DNA of 64,000 nt, from contig JBMNHS010000001.1 of NCBI GenBank assembly GCA_050950505.1, positions 960,001-1,024,000 on the forward strand. The letters are read 5' to 3'. The DNA comes from Candidatus Methanomethylophilaceae archaeon (lineage in GTDB: Archaea > Thermoplasmatota > Thermoplasmata > Methanomassiliicoccales > Methanomethylophilaceae). Shown here piece after piece: positions 38,607 through 49,116 of the stretch; position 1 is the first letter of the stretch; every line of letters begins with the position of its first letter. The notes below the pieces were generated by a model that saw only the letters and a list, made by a program, of their open reading frames with translations, was not told the origin of the DNA and made no database searches. The position numbers and the translations under genes are program-made.

Positions 38607-39956
38607 ATGAACATAATAATCATAGGCGCCGGTAATGTGGGATTTACTTCCGCCGAGGTTCTTGCGGAAGGTCATAACGTTCTTGTGGTGGAAAACGACA
38701 GAACCAAGGCCGATTCCGTCAAAGATCTGTTAAACGTGTCTGTGTTGTACGAGGACGGAACAAATCCCAAGATTTTGGAATCCGTTATTGACGAACATGA
38801 TGCCGAACTTGTTGTCGCCACCCTCCCGGAAGACGGACTCAATCTGTTCGCATGTATGATTTGCAAAAAATACAAGCCTTCCGTCCGGACCGTTGCCACG
38901 GTGAAGAATCAGGATTTTATCATCGATACGTCCGAAGAAAACGGATTGGGGGTGGACATGATAATTTCTCCGGAAGTCATCATTTCCAAAAAAATGTTCA
39001 AATTGGCGATTTTGGAAAACGCTGTTGATTACGAATCGACGCATTTTCTGGATCTGGCCATAGCCACGTTCAAGATAGTTGACGGCCACGATATTGTCGG
39101 CAAAGCCGGCATGAACCTTGAGATTCCGGAAACCTGCAACATCGTCTGCATTTACAGGGACGAGGAAGTCATCACCAACGTGGAAACCACCGTGATTCTT
39201 CCGGACGACCGCATATCCGTAATCGGCAACGAAGCGGGAATCGGATTGTTCAACAAAATGATGGGGGCCGGGAGAGAGAACGAAGAATTCGTTATCATGG
39301 GGGCGAATGCCGTGGGACTCAATATCGCAAAAGCTTTGGATTCCATGGACAGAAAGGCCCATATAAAAATTATCGACGAGAATCCGGATCTTTGCGTCAA
39401 GGCATCCCGTGAACTTTCGAACGCCGTCGTCGTCAATGCGGATGTTGTGGATCCCAATATGCTTAAACTGGAAAACGTGGGTCGGGCGGATGTTTTGATC
39501 AGTGTAACAAATTCCGACGAAAAGAATCTGCTTGCGTGTATGGCCTCACTTAAATTCGGTACGGGAAAAATCATATCCCGATATTTGACAAAACAGTACG
39601 GGGAAATTTTCAAATATACCGGTATAGAAACCATTTTCGGATACCATCTTGCGATAGCCAATGAGATTACCAAAGGGCTTATTTCGGACGAGGACGCGAT
39701 ATTGAGGATGAAACACGACGGAGAATACTTTTTCAGTGTCGTGACCGACAGTCATTCCCCATTGCTGGGAAAATCCTACGGAAATCTGTCTTTGCCGGAA
39801 GGGGTGCGTTTTGTTACTGTGATACGCAACGAATGCACCGTGTTCCCGAGATACGACACCGTTTTCGAAGAAGGGGACCGTGTCTTGGTTTATACTTACA
39901 AAGTGAAGAGAGGGGCCGTCAGAAAGCTGCTCGGTAAAAAAGTAATGGAGATATGA
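38607..39956 (+). CDS. trkA: Trk K+ uptake NAD-binding subunit
   Basis: Two RCK_N/RCK_C pairs (IIGAGNVG, IMGANAVG); upstream of trkH. Confidence 0.9.
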   Translation: MNIIIIGAGNVGFTSAEVLAEGHNVLVVENDRTKADSVKDLLNVSVLYEDGTNPKILESVIDEHDAELVVATLPEDGLNLFACMICKKYKPSVRTVATVKNQDFIIDTSEENGLGVDMIISPEVIISKKMFKLAILENAVDYESTHFLDLAIATFKIVDGHDIVGKAGMNLEIPETCNIVCIYRDEEVITNVETTVILPDDRISVIGNEAGIGLFNKMMGAGRENEEFVIMGANAVGLNIAKALDSMDRKAHIKIIDENPDLCVKASRELSNAVVVNADVVDPNMLKLENVGRADVLISVTNSDEKNLLACMASLKFGTGKIISRYLTKQYGEIFKYTGIETIFGYHLAIANEITKGLISDEDAILRMKHDGEYFFSVVTDSHSPLLGKSYGNLSLPEGVRFVTVIRNECTVFPRYDTVFEEGDRVLVYTYKVKRGAVRKLLGKKVMEI

Positions 39957-41491
39957 TTGTGTCCAATCCGGAATCCTTGTTGCGGAACGGTCTCTACAAA
40001 AGTACTGTTTTGAGATATGCCGGCTTTCTTATTGTTTCCATAGGGCTGTTGCTTATTTTCCCCGCTATACTGGCTATGTTCCTGAATGAGAACTATTGGA
40101 TGTTTCTGATTCCCTCGGCAATCGCTATTCCGATCGGATTGACCATTCTGGTTTTGTTCAGAGAAAACAAAGAAGGAATACGGATCACGTCCGGTGTGCT
40201 TATGATAGGCGGAACATTTCTGATTATGCTGTTGATGGGTTCCGCCCCTTATGTTGTATTCGGGATGAGCGTGATTGATTCGATGTTTGAATCCCTGAGC
40301 GGCTTCACAACAACCGGATTTACCATGGTAAATGATTTTGAAAGGTTTCCCGACAGTCTCTTTGTTTGGCGTTCTTTGACGCAATGGGCGGGCGGTATAT
40401 CGGTTTTGCTTATTTTCATGTACATGCTTCCGGTCATGGGTCTCGGAAGCAGAGGTTTTTTCATAAACGAAATGTCGGGTTCCGGCACCGGAAACCTTTC
40501 GGTCAGGCTAAAAGATTCTGTTGGAAGTTTTCTTAAAATTTATATGGCCCTGACTTTGATTCAGGCGATACTTTTGATACTTTTGGGAATGAATTTCATC
40601 GATTCCCTCTGCATTACCTTCTCAACCGTATCCACCGGCGGTTTTGCAACGAATCCCAACAGTCTTACGGAGTATGGATGGGGGATAAAAGTACCGGTTA
40701 TGATTTTCATGTTCCTGGGCGGGACGAACTTTTACCTTCATTACAAGGGGTTGCACAAGAGGATGTACAAATCTTATGTCGGAAACACCGAATTCAGATG
40801 GACGGCGAGCTGGTATCTCGTCATTGCGGTTCTGATTGGAATTCTTCTGACATTTGCGGGCAAAGTCGGAGTCCTGAACAATTTCGGAGAATCCCTGTTC
40901 TCCGTGATTTCCGCCGGAACCTCCACGGGATTTGCCGTTACCGATTACGCCGATTCGGGCGTTTGGCCGGCGCAATTATGCATGATGCTTCTTTTGCTGG
41001 TGGCTTTCATCGGCGGCATGAGCGGTTCCACTGCGGGAGGCGTGAAAATGTACCGGATTGTGATTATCGTCAAACACGTCAAAAACAGCATTTACAAAAT
41101 ACTCCATCCCATGGCGGTTTACGATATCAAAATGGATGAACACAGTGTGGAAGAGTCTTCGGTTTCCGGGGCATTTGTGACTGTGGCTCTGTTTGCGATG
41201 ACGGTGACGATAACTTTCATAGGCCTGATGATGACCGGTATATTGCCGGCCGATTCAATCGGTTTGGCAGTATCTTCGGTCAGCAATACCGGAGTCGTCA
41301 TCGGAGGACACGGATCCTTTTCCGATTTGTACATGTTAAGCACTTCCGCAAAAATCATCATGATGTCGGCAATGTTTTTGGGCAGGTTGGAGATTGCGAC
41401 TGCTCTGTTGCTGTTTATGCCGGGTTTTTGGAAAGAAGTCAGAAGGAACATGAAATCCGACAAATCACGGGGACACGCCGATTCCGAATAA
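39953..41491 (+). CDS. trkH: Trk K+ uptake membrane subunit
   Basis: FESLSGFTTTG, QWAGG, STGGF, STGF, GSTAGG and GRLE. Confidence 0.92.
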   Translation: MIVSNPESLLRNGLYKSTVLRYAGFLIVSIGLLLIFPAILAMFLNENYWMFLIPSAIAIPIGLTILVLFRENKEGIRITSGVLMIGGTFLIMLLMGSAPYVVFGMSVIDSMFESLSGFTTTGFTMVNDFERFPDSLFVWRSLTQWAGGISVLLIFMYMLPVMGLGSRGFFINEMSGSGTGNLSVRLKDSVGSFLKIYMALTLIQAILLILLGMNFIDSLCITFSTVSTGGFATNPNSLTEYGWGIKVPVMIFMFLGGTNFYLHYKGLHKRMYKSYVGNTEFRWTASWYLVIAVLIGILLTFAGKVGVLNNFGESLFSVISAGTSTGFAVTDYADSGVWPAQLCMMLLLLVAFIGGMSGSTAGGVKMYRIVIIVKHVKNSIYKILHPMAVYDIKMDEHSVEESSVSGAFVTVALFAMTVTITFIGLMMTGILPADSIGLAVSSVSNTGVVIGGHGSFSDLYMLSTSAKIIMMSAMFLGRLEIATALLLFMPGFWKEVRRNMKSDKSRGHADSE

Positions 41492-41649
41492 TCGGTTTTT
41501 AAAACCGTTGGAGCATTATGGACTGCTTTTGACATCGGTCCGAATTATCGAACCGAGTGCAGTCATCTCGACCAAGAAAACTACCGGGTACCGAAACGGA
41601 GAAGAAAACAACCAACAGAAATTATAACCGCCGGGAGTATTGTCGTTTC

Positions 41650-43032
41650 ATGATTCCCGGAGCAGTATCTCTTGCAGGCAGTTCTTCCGAGAATCTGTTC
41701 GGAGATCCGAAACGGGCCGTAATCCGAATGTCTTTGCCGATTGCTTTGGCATTGTTGGTACAGTATCTCAACAGCGTTGTGGATATGTTTTGGGTGTCCG
41801 GGCTCGGCGCGGATCATATTGCGGCCGTCAGCGTAACGGCGCCGATTTATTCCGCCATTGTCAGCATCGGCACCGGCATAGGGATAGGCGCTTCTTACGC
41901 AATATCCAAACGTATCGGCGGAAGGGACGCAGAATCCGCCGTCAGAGCATCCTCACAGGCTTTTGTCATGATGATCATTGCCGGCATCATCACGATACCG
42001 ATTCTGTGTTTAACCATCGGTCCGATGATAAATTACATGGGTGCCGCAGACATCTCCGATCTTTGCAATGCCTACATATATCCGATAATATTGACGTCGC
42101 CCCTTCTCATGGCCGGGGGACTTCTTGCCGGCAATCTTCGGGGAGAAGGCGCCGCGACCAGGGCAATGGTCGTGCTTTCCGTTGCCGCCGTCCTCAACAT
42201 GATTTTGGATCCCATTTTCATTTTTACGCTGGGATTCGGCATTGCGGGCGCGGCATACGCAACGGTGATATCGGCGGCCGTATCCATGATTCCAGCCATA
42301 TACTGGTATTCTATCAAAAAGGATGTCGCGGTTCCCATAATCCTTAAAAAATTCAGATTCACCGGCAACGAAGTAAGATCCATTTCGGAAGTCGGCATTC
42401 CGCAGACGGCGGAACTCATGTTCATGTCGTTGATTTCCGTTGTTTTCGTAAGATACATAGCATTTGCCGGCGGAACCGATTTGGTGGCGGTTTTTGAGAT
42501 CGCTTGGAGAATCGCAATAATTCTGATGGTTCCCGCACATGCAATCAGCATAGCCTTCGTTCCTATGCTGTCGGTGTCCTTCGGCATGAAAAATCTCAAA
42601 CGGGTAAAAGAGATTTTGATCATAGGGTTCAAAATCTCGTTGTCGGTAATGATTGTGCTTGCAGTCATAACGTATTTCACGGCGCCTTATATGGCGCAAA
42701 TCATGACTCTTTCCGAGGATTCGGCAAGACTGAGGGGGCCGATCGCGGAAATGCTGAAAGTCTGTACGCTGACGTTCCCCGCATTTACTCTGGTCCATTC
42801 CTCGGCGGCGTTGTTGCAATCAATGGGCAGAGGCATGACTTCGCTGTTGGTCACCGTTGTCAGAAATCTTTCCATAGCCGTCGTTTACGCAGTCATTTCC
42901 GTCGAACAGGTCGCTTCGCACATGTGGTGGGGATTTACTCTGACCGAGGTCGTTTTCGGATTTGTGGGAATAACCGTCGCGATGACGGCCTTCAAAGTTT
43001 ACGGCAGGAAGCATGGAATGAAATTTTCATAA
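41650..43032 (+). CDS. MATE family efflux transporter
   Basis: VDMFWVSGLG, LRGEG and NMILDPIFIF..GFGIAGAAYAT. Confidence 0.9.
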   Translation: MIPGAVSLAGSSSENLFGDPKRAVIRMSLPIALALLVQYLNSVVDMFWVSGLGADHIAAVSVTAPIYSAIVSIGTGIGIGASYAISKRIGGRDAESAVRASSQAFVMMIIAGIITIPILCLTIGPMINYMGAADISDLCNAYIYPIILTSPLLMAGGLLAGNLRGEGAATRAMVVLSVAAVLNMILDPIFIFTLGFGIAGAAYATVISAAVSMIPAIYWYSIKKDVAVPIILKKFRFTGNEVRSISEVGIPQTAELMFMSLISVVFVRYIAFAGGTDLVAVFEIAWRIAIILMVPAHAISIAFVPMLSVSFGMKNLKRVKEILIIGFKISLSVMIVLAVITYFTAPYMAQIMTLSEDSARLRGPIAEMLKVCTLTFPAFTLVHSSAALLQSMGRGMTSLLVTVVRNLSIAVVYAVISVEQVASHMWWGFTLTEVVFGFVGITVAMTAFKVYGRKHGMKFS

Positions 43033-43065
43033 TTTATATATACAAGTTCAATCTAACTTCGGAAT

Positions 43066-44472
43066 ATGTCAGAGGGGGCCACCAAAGGTACTGAGTTACT
43101 TCTCGGAAATCCGAAAAAAGCCATGATAGGCATGATGGTTCCCGTGATCGTCGCACTCACGTTTCAAAGTCTCAACAGTGTAATTAACTCAGTGTGGGTA
43201 ACGGGATTGGGCCCTGACGCTTTGGCGGCCGTGGGTATCGTTTTCCCTCTGTTTATAATCATACTTTCTGTAGGAAACGGCATAGGCATAGGTGCGTCAC
43301 AGACCGTCGCTATGTACATAGGGATGGAGGACAAAAAAGGTGCGGATCGGGCAGCTGCCCAAGCTCTTGTCCTGACTATAATCGGCGGTATCGTAATGGC
43401 GGTCGTCCTTACGATATTCCTCAAACCCATTTTGATACTGATGGGCGGGGAAAGCATCATCGATGTGTGTTACAGCTACGCGTTCCCGATTGTGTTGTTC
43501 GCGCCTGTGATGATGTTCAGCGCATTGTTTTCCAATCTGCTCAGAGCGGAAGGCGCTGCCAAAAAATCCATGGCCATTCAGATATTCGCCGCCGTGGTAA
43601 ATCTTATAATCGACCCCTTCCTGATTTACAAACCCTTCGGATTCGGTCTTGGACTGGGTATATCCGGTGCGGCTTACGGCACCGTGATCGCGATGTTGGC
43701 AAGTATGTGTATGGGACTGTACTGGTTCAAAAAGAAAGACGGAACCTATCTTACGCTGTCCCTCCGGGGGTTCAAATTCGATACCTTAATTTGCAGACAG
43801 ATTTTCAAAGTCGGAATACCGGCGAGTCTGGAGATGATGATAGTGTCCCTGGTTTCCATAGTCATGAACAACATTCTTCTCTGGGCGGGAGGATCCGATG
43901 CCGTTGCCATTTATGCCAACAGTTGGCGTATAATCAATATCCTGATGATTCCGTTGATGTCGACGGGAAGCGCCATGATTCCCGTCTGCGCCGCGGCGTT
44001 CGGAGCAAAAAGGTTCGACAGGGTGCAGGAAACTTATCGGTTCACCCTCAAATTGGTTGTGACGATAATGATCATAATCAGCATATTCACACTGTTTACC
44101 GCCAAGTACATGGTGGCCATAATATCTTACACGCCGGAGACGGTGCATCTGAGGGGACCGATGTCCCATGTGATGTATGCCGCCTGCCTGTTCCTGCCTT
44201 TTGCAAGCTGGGGTTCCACAGCCTCTGCGCTGTTCCAATCATTGACTCTCGGAACATACTCTCTTATCTGCACGCTGATAAGGAACCTGATGCAACTGCC
44301 CCTATGCATTTACCTGTTCAATTTCGGCGGAACCCTGGATTATATCTGGATGGGAATCGCCGCGGGACAGATTCTGGGTTCTCTGGTGGCAGGTATATGG
44401 GGAGAATTCGTTCTCAGGCATTTTGTCAAGAAGGCGGATGCTTACCACCCCAGAAAAGGTTCGGTCGGATGA
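43066..44472 (+). CDS. MATE family efflux transporter (tandem paralog)
   Basis: LLGNPKKA, WVTGLG, LRAEG and NLIIDPFLI..GISGAAYGT. Confidence 0.9.
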   Translation: MSEGATKGTELLLGNPKKAMIGMMVPVIVALTFQSLNSVINSVWVTGLGPDALAAVGIVFPLFIIILSVGNGIGIGASQTVAMYIGMEDKKGADRAAAQALVLTIIGGIVMAVVLTIFLKPILILMGGESIIDVCYSYAFPIVLFAPVMMFSALFSNLLRAEGAAKKSMAIQIFAAVVNLIIDPFLIYKPFGFGLGLGISGAAYGTVIAMLASMCMGLYWFKKKDGTYLTLSLRGFKFDTLICRQIFKVGIPASLEMMIVSLVSIVMNNILLWAGGSDAVAIYANSWRIINILMIPLMSTGSAMIPVCAAAFGAKRFDRVQETYRFTLKLVVTIMIIISIFTLFTAKYMVAIISYTPETVHLRGPMSHVMYAACLFLPFASWGSTASALFQSLTLGTYSLICTLIRNLMQLPLCIYLFNFGGTLDYIWMGIAAGQILGSLVAGIWGEFVLRHFVKKADAYHPRKGSVG

Positions 44473-44525
44473 GGGCGTTCTGTTCATGTTTTTATATTCG
44501 GCATGTATTGGCTTAAACCGGTAAC

Positions 44526-46772
44526 ATGTCAAAAGTCTGTATAAACATAGCCTGGCCTTATGCCAACGGGAAAATACATCTCGGGCACGTGGCCGGATCT
44601 CTCTTACCCCCGGATATATTCAGCAGATACAACCGCCTTCTCCGCAACGAAGTTCTCATGGTCGGCGGGTCCGACCAGCACGGGACGCCGATAACCGTCA
44701 CGGCAGAAAAGCAAAAAACCACCCCTGAAGCGATTGCGGAAAAATATCATGAACTGAACAAGAAGGCCATTGAGGATCTCGGCATAGAATACTCACTTTA
44801 CAACAAGACTTACTGTGACACCCACTACGAAGTCGTCAGGGAAATGTTCCTGAAACTTCTCGAAGAAGGCTATCTTTACAAAAAAGAAACCAATCAGTAT
44901 TTCTGTGAAGAATGTGACAGATTTCTTCCCGACCGATATGTGGAAGGGGTATGTCCGTCCTGTTCCGCCGCGAAAGTCAGAAGCGATCAGTGCGACAGCT
45001 GCGGAACCACCTTCGAACCCGGGGACATTATATCCCCGGTCTGCATCCAGTGCGGAAAAACTCCCGAAATCAAAGGAACCGAACACTTCTTCCTGAAACT
45101 CAGCGCTTTCGGGGAAAGATTGAAAGAGTTTATGAAAACCAAAGATTTCTGGAGATCCAACGTAAAAACCTTCACGATGAACTGGCTAAACGAAGGTCTT
45201 CAGGACCGGGCAATAACCAGGGACATGTCCTGGGGCGTTCCCGTTCCCGTCGAAGGCTGGGACGGAAAGGTAATCTACGTCTGGTTTGACGCGGTGATAG
45301 GATACCTCAGCGCATCCGTGGAATATTCAAGGATGTGCGGCAAACCCGATCTCTGGAAAGAATATTGGCTGAACCCCGAAGTCAAACATTACTATTTCAT
45401 CGGAAAGGACAACATACCTTTTCACTCTATAATCTGGCCGGCCATGCTTATGGGCAGCGGAGACTACAATCTGCCTTATGACATTCCCGCAAACGAATAT
45501 CTTATGTTCGACGGCGGAAAACTGTCCAAGAGCAGAGGTGGCGCAATCGATGTTCTTTCCGTGCTGAAGAAATACGATGCGGATCTCGTAAGGTATTATC
45601 TGTCGGTCAACATGCCCGACACTCATGATACGGACTTTTCATGGGAAGATTTCATGATTAAGATAAACAACGAGCTTGTGGCGGTTCTGGGAAACTATTA
45701 CCACAGATGCCTCAGTTTTACCCACAAGAACTTCGGTTCCGTGCCCGAACCCGCTTCCTACGAAGAGTCAAAGGAAGTCATTGACATGATTTCTTCGGTG
45801 TTCGAAAGATACGACGGATATCTTTCCGACTGCGAATTCAAGAAAGCTCTCAGAGCGATGATGGAACTGGCTCATTTCGGAAACAAGTATTTTGACTCGT
45901 CAAAACCATGGGCACTCATAAAGACCGATAGGGAGGCCTGCGGCAGGGTCATGAACACCAATCTGCGCATCGTCAAAGCCCTGGCGGTCATGGCTTGGCC
46001 CTTCCTTCCCAAATCTTCCGAAAAAATCTGGGAATATCTCGGATCCGAAGGAACCGTCGAAGAATGCGGATATGACGGAATGACGGAACCTCTCACGGCA
46101 GGCACCGTAATCCCCGAACCGGTTCCGGTGTACAAAAAGGTCGAATTCGAAGAAGAGGACAAGAAACGTAAAGAAAAAATCAAGGAACCGGAAATCACCG
46201 GTCCCTTTGCGGAGTTCAGAAAACTCAATCTGAAATCCGCCACGATTCTGGAAGTGAACAATCATCCCGACGCGGACAAGCTCTACGTTATGAGGGTCAG
46301 CGTCGGAGAGGAGTCGCCCAGACAGATTGTCGCGGGATTGAAAGACTACTATTCTAAAGAAGATCTTACAAACAGAAATGTAATCGTTGTTTCCAACCTG
46401 AAACCGGCCAAACTGAGAGGCATTGAATCCTCGGGCATGCTGCTTGCGGCGGACGATGAGGATCTGGGCGGAAAAAGCGTACTGTTGCTGACTCCTTCCG
46501 CGGAAGTCCCGGACGGCACGGTTTTCGCTTCCGGATTCGAACCTTCATCTTCACGTTTGGAATACAAGGATTTCTTGAAAGTAAATATGAAAGTGACTTC
46601 GGTCAAAAACGGCAAACTTGCCGTCGGCCCCGAGGGAACGGAAATTCCCGACGGAAGTCCGTCTCCCGTCGTGGCGGTCATTGACGGAGAGGAAGCGGTT
46701 CTTCTCGGTGACGGAAAAGGTACTTTCGCAACTCTTGACAAGGACATCACGGACGGTGCCGGCGTAAGATGA
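44526..46772 (+). CDS. metG: Methionyl-tRNA synthetase with C-terminal tRNA-binding domain
   Basis: PYANGKIHLGH, Zn knuckles, YVWFDA, GKDN, KLSKS; Trbp111/EMAP-like domain (HPDADKL, RQIVAG, NLKPAKLRG). Confidence 0.96.
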   Translation: MSKVCINIAWPYANGKIHLGHVAGSLLPPDIFSRYNRLLRNEVLMVGGSDQHGTPITVTAEKQKTTPEAIAEKYHELNKKAIEDLGIEYSLYNKTYCDTHYEVVREMFLKLLEEGYLYKKETNQYFCEECDRFLPDRYVEGVCPSCSAAKVRSDQCDSCGTTFEPGDIISPVCIQCGKTPEIKGTEHFFLKLSAFGERLKEFMKTKDFWRSNVKTFTMNWLNEGLQDRAITRDMSWGVPVPVEGWDGKVIYVWFDAVIGYLSASVEYSRMCGKPDLWKEYWLNPEVKHYYFIGKDNIPFHSIIWPAMLMGSGDYNLPYDIPANEYLMFDGGKLSKSRGGAIDVLSVLKKYDADLVRYYLSVNMPDTHDTDFSWEDFMIKINNELVAVLGNYYHRCLSFTHKNFGSVPEPASYEESKEVIDMISSVFERYDGYLSDCEFKKALRAMMELAHFGNKYFDSSKPWALIKTDREACGRVMNTNLRIVKALAVMAWPFLPKSSEKIWEYLGSEGTVEECGYDGMTEPLTAGTVIPEPVPVYKKVEFEEEDKKRKEKIKEPEITGPFAEFRKLNLKSATILEVNNHPDADKLYVMRVSVGEESPRQIVAGLKDYYSKEDLTNRNVIVVSNLKPAKLRGIESSGMLLAADDEDLGGKSVLLLTPSAEVPDGTVFASGFEPSSSRLEYKDFLKVNMKVTSVKNGKLAVGPEGTEIPDGSPSPVVAVIDGEEAVLLGDGKGTFATLDKDITDGAGVR

Positions 46773-47425
46773 AAGCTGACCTGCATATCCATACCACGTT
46801 TTCCAGTGACGGAAGCATAGACCCCTACGAAGCGGTGGAGCTTGCCGTCGAACGGGGTTTGGGGTGCATAGCCATTGCCGATCACAACAGCTTTGAGGCC
46901 TACGATCTGATAAAAGATGACGGAAGGCTTATCGTGGTTCCGGCCGTCGAAGTTTCTTCATCGGAAGGCCACATCCTGGCTTACGGCATCGACAGAGAAA
47001 TCGAATCAAGACTTTCCGCAAAAGAAACCATAGAGGACATCCATGATGCGGGAGGTTACGCTTTCGCGGCACACCCGTTCAGATGGTGGTCCGGACTGGG
47101 CAAGGAAGTCACTTTGGCAAATCCCTTTGACGGCATCGAGGCCGCAAACGCAAGATCGTATCGAAGGGACAACCGCAGCGCGGCGGCTCTTGCAAAAAAG
47201 ATGGACTGCCCCGTTTCCGCAGGTTCCGATGCCCACACGGCGGATCAATTGGGAAAAGGATATCTTGTTTTCCCCGACAATCTGAGAACCTGGCAGGAAG
47301 TCGTCGAAACGATGGTGTCGTCACCCATGGAAGCGGTGAGTGCCAACCGTTCCGTCATCAGCACGTTGAAATACGGAACAAGAGCAATCGGACTTTGGAT
47401 ATCCAGAGGTTTCAGAAGAATGTGA
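46769..47425 (+). CDS. PHP-domain phosphoesterase
   Basis: DLHIHT, ADHN, AAHPF and GSDAH; ATGA-coupled to metG. Confidence 0.87.
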   Translation: MKADLHIHTTFSSDGSIDPYEAVELAVERGLGCIAIADHNSFEAYDLIKDDGRLIVVPAVEVSSSEGHILAYGIDREIESRLSAKETIEDIHDAGGYAFAAHPFRWWSGLGKEVTLANPFDGIEAANARSYRRDNRSAAALAKKMDCPVSAGSDAHTADQLGKGYLVFPDNLRTWQEVVETMVSSPMEAVSANRSVISTLKYGTRAIGLWISRGFRRM

Positions 47426-47427
47426 AA

Positions 47428-47455
47428 CGGCGGGAAAACCCCGCCGATGTTTTGG
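47428..47455. terminator. Hairpin between convergent PHP and tbp genes
   Basis: CGGCGGG-AAAAC-CCCGCCG followed by ATGTTTT. Confidence 0.55.
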
Positions 47456-47462
47456 TTAAAGT

Positions 47463-48002
47463 TTATCTCATCAATCCGACGGATCTGAGTTCGGCCGCTA
47501 TTTTATCGACGGCACGGTTGACGTCCGGAGGAACCTTCGCACCGGTGCAGACCATTTTACCGCTGCTGAACAGCAGTACGACCACCTTCGGGTCATCAAG
47601 TCTGTAAACCAAACCGGGGAACTGTTCGGGTTCGTATTCGACCTTTTCAAGTCCCAGGGTTATGGCAACGGTATTCAGGTTCACTTCCTGACCGAGGTCT
47701 GCGGAAGCAACAATGTTCTGAACTTCGATTTTGGGTGTTATGGTAATCTCGATGCCGGCTTTCTCAAGATCTTTGGCTACGGTGGTCACGGCTCTTACGA
47801 CATCGTCATAATTTTTGGCTCCGGTACAGACAACTTTACCGCTTCTGAAAAGCAGGGTGGCTGTTTTCGGATCCTTGAGTCTGTAAACCAAACCGGGGAA
47901 TCTCTTGGGATTGTATTCGGCACCTTCGAGAGAAGTCTCGATAACATTCAAATCAAGTTCTCTTCCGAGATAACTCGATGCTACAACATTCTCAATTTTC
48001 AT
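47463..48002 (-). CDS. tbp: TATA-box binding protein
   Basis: Two repeats of NVVAS...[13 protein letters not shown]..PK...LLFxSGKxVCTGAK. Confidence 0.97.
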   Translation of the reverse strand: MKIENVVASSYLGRELDLNVIETSLEGAEYNPKRFPGLVYRLKDPKTATLLFRSGKVVCTGAKNYDDVVRAVTTVAKDLEKAGIEITITPKIEVQNIVASADLGQEVNLNTVAITLGLEKVEYEPEQFPGLVYRLDDPKVVVLLFSSGKMVCTGAKVPPDVNRAVDKIAAELRSVGLMR

Positions 48003-48192
48003 GATGCACCTAAAATTGCTATATAAAGCGTATTTAAATAGATTGTGTATGTTTTAAAATATCGGAGTCGGACGGGTCCGACCGTTGTACGGCGGAATGA
48101 CTGAGCGTATCCGTTCCGAAACGGGATTCAGACTCCGGAGCACAATCGGCAAAACGGATAAAACCGTAATTGCAAATCACCTTTCTTATACG

Positions 48193-48723
48193 TCATTTGA
48201 ACAGTTTATTGTAATTTTCCAAACTATGTTCTATTATCTCCACCACTTCTCCGGATCCGATCACTTCATCAACCGCAGTATCTTTTTTCTCAAGTGTTTT
48301 GTAAACGGAGAAGAAGTGAGCCATCTCGTTGAAGATGTGTTCCGGAAGATCGGATATGTCCCTGAAAGAATTATAGGTGGGATCTCCGAAAGGTATTGCT
48401 ATGACCTTTTCGTCATTCTCGCCGCTGTCAATCATTTTTATGGCGCCTATTGGATAACATCTCACCAGCGTCATGGGCGTCAAGGGCTCCGAGCAAAGCA
48501 CCAACGCGTCAAGAGGATCCCCGTCATCCGCAAAAGTCCTGGGAATAAAACCGTAATTAGCGGGATAATGCGTCGAGGTGTAAAGTATCCTGTCAAGCAT
48601 CAACATGCCGGTTTCCTTATCCAGTTCGTATTTGTTTTTGCTGCCTTTGGATATTTCCACGACCACTATGAAATCATCGGAGGATATTCTGCCGGGGTCG
48701 ATGTCATGCCATATGTTTCTCAT
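48193..48723 (-). CDS. ppa: Inorganic pyrophosphatase, family I
   Basis: EISKGSKNKYE, YPANYGFIP, DDGDPLDAL and DEKVIA. Confidence 0.95.
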   Translation of the reverse strand: MRNIWHDIDPGRISSDDFIVVVEISKGSKNKYELDKETGMLMLDRILYTSTHYPANYGFIPRTFADDGDPLDALVLCSEPLTPMTLVRCYPIGAIKMIDSGENDEKVIAIPFGDPTYNSFRDISDLPEHIFNEMAHFFSVYKTLEKKDTAVDEVIGSGEVVEIIEHSLENYNKLFK

Positions 48724-48958
48724 GCCCGGGGTATTGACGGGACAATAATTAAGGGTGCTTCCGTTTTTGAAAGATATATCCGCATATATCGGAGGCCGAT
48801 GAAGAAACCAAGATGCCGCGGCAGATGTTTTATGCAGGCGCCCTCAACCGATCCGATGTATGAGACACTGTATCGGCAATACAGTACTGGCATGTTTTAA
48901 AAAGTATTGTTTTACCGATTCACAAAAGAGGGAAATCGACCGAACGGTCGTGATGAAG

Positions 48959-49032
48959 TGGGGTCGGGAGGGAGATTTGAACTCCCGTATGCGGATCTGC
49001 AGTCCGCCACATAGCCTCTGTGTTATCCCGAC
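48959..49032 (-). tRNA. tRNA-Cys(GCA), CCA encoded, discriminator base C
   Basis: Acceptor stem GTCGGGA/TCCCGAC; anticodon arm GCGGA-CTGCAGA-TCCGC; T arm GGGAG-TTCAAAT-CTCCC; ends C-CCA. Confidence 0.93.
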
Positions 49033-49116
49033 AGCCAGACTCTCCAATGATTTGATATATTAAACAATTTCGCAGAGGGCTTATGATAACGGTTATTATC
49101 CTCTTTGTGATACACC

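Noticed and set aside
38312-38635. 107-aa ORF in the track
   Set aside because: Wrong frame; the real gene is the ferredoxin at 38299-38463
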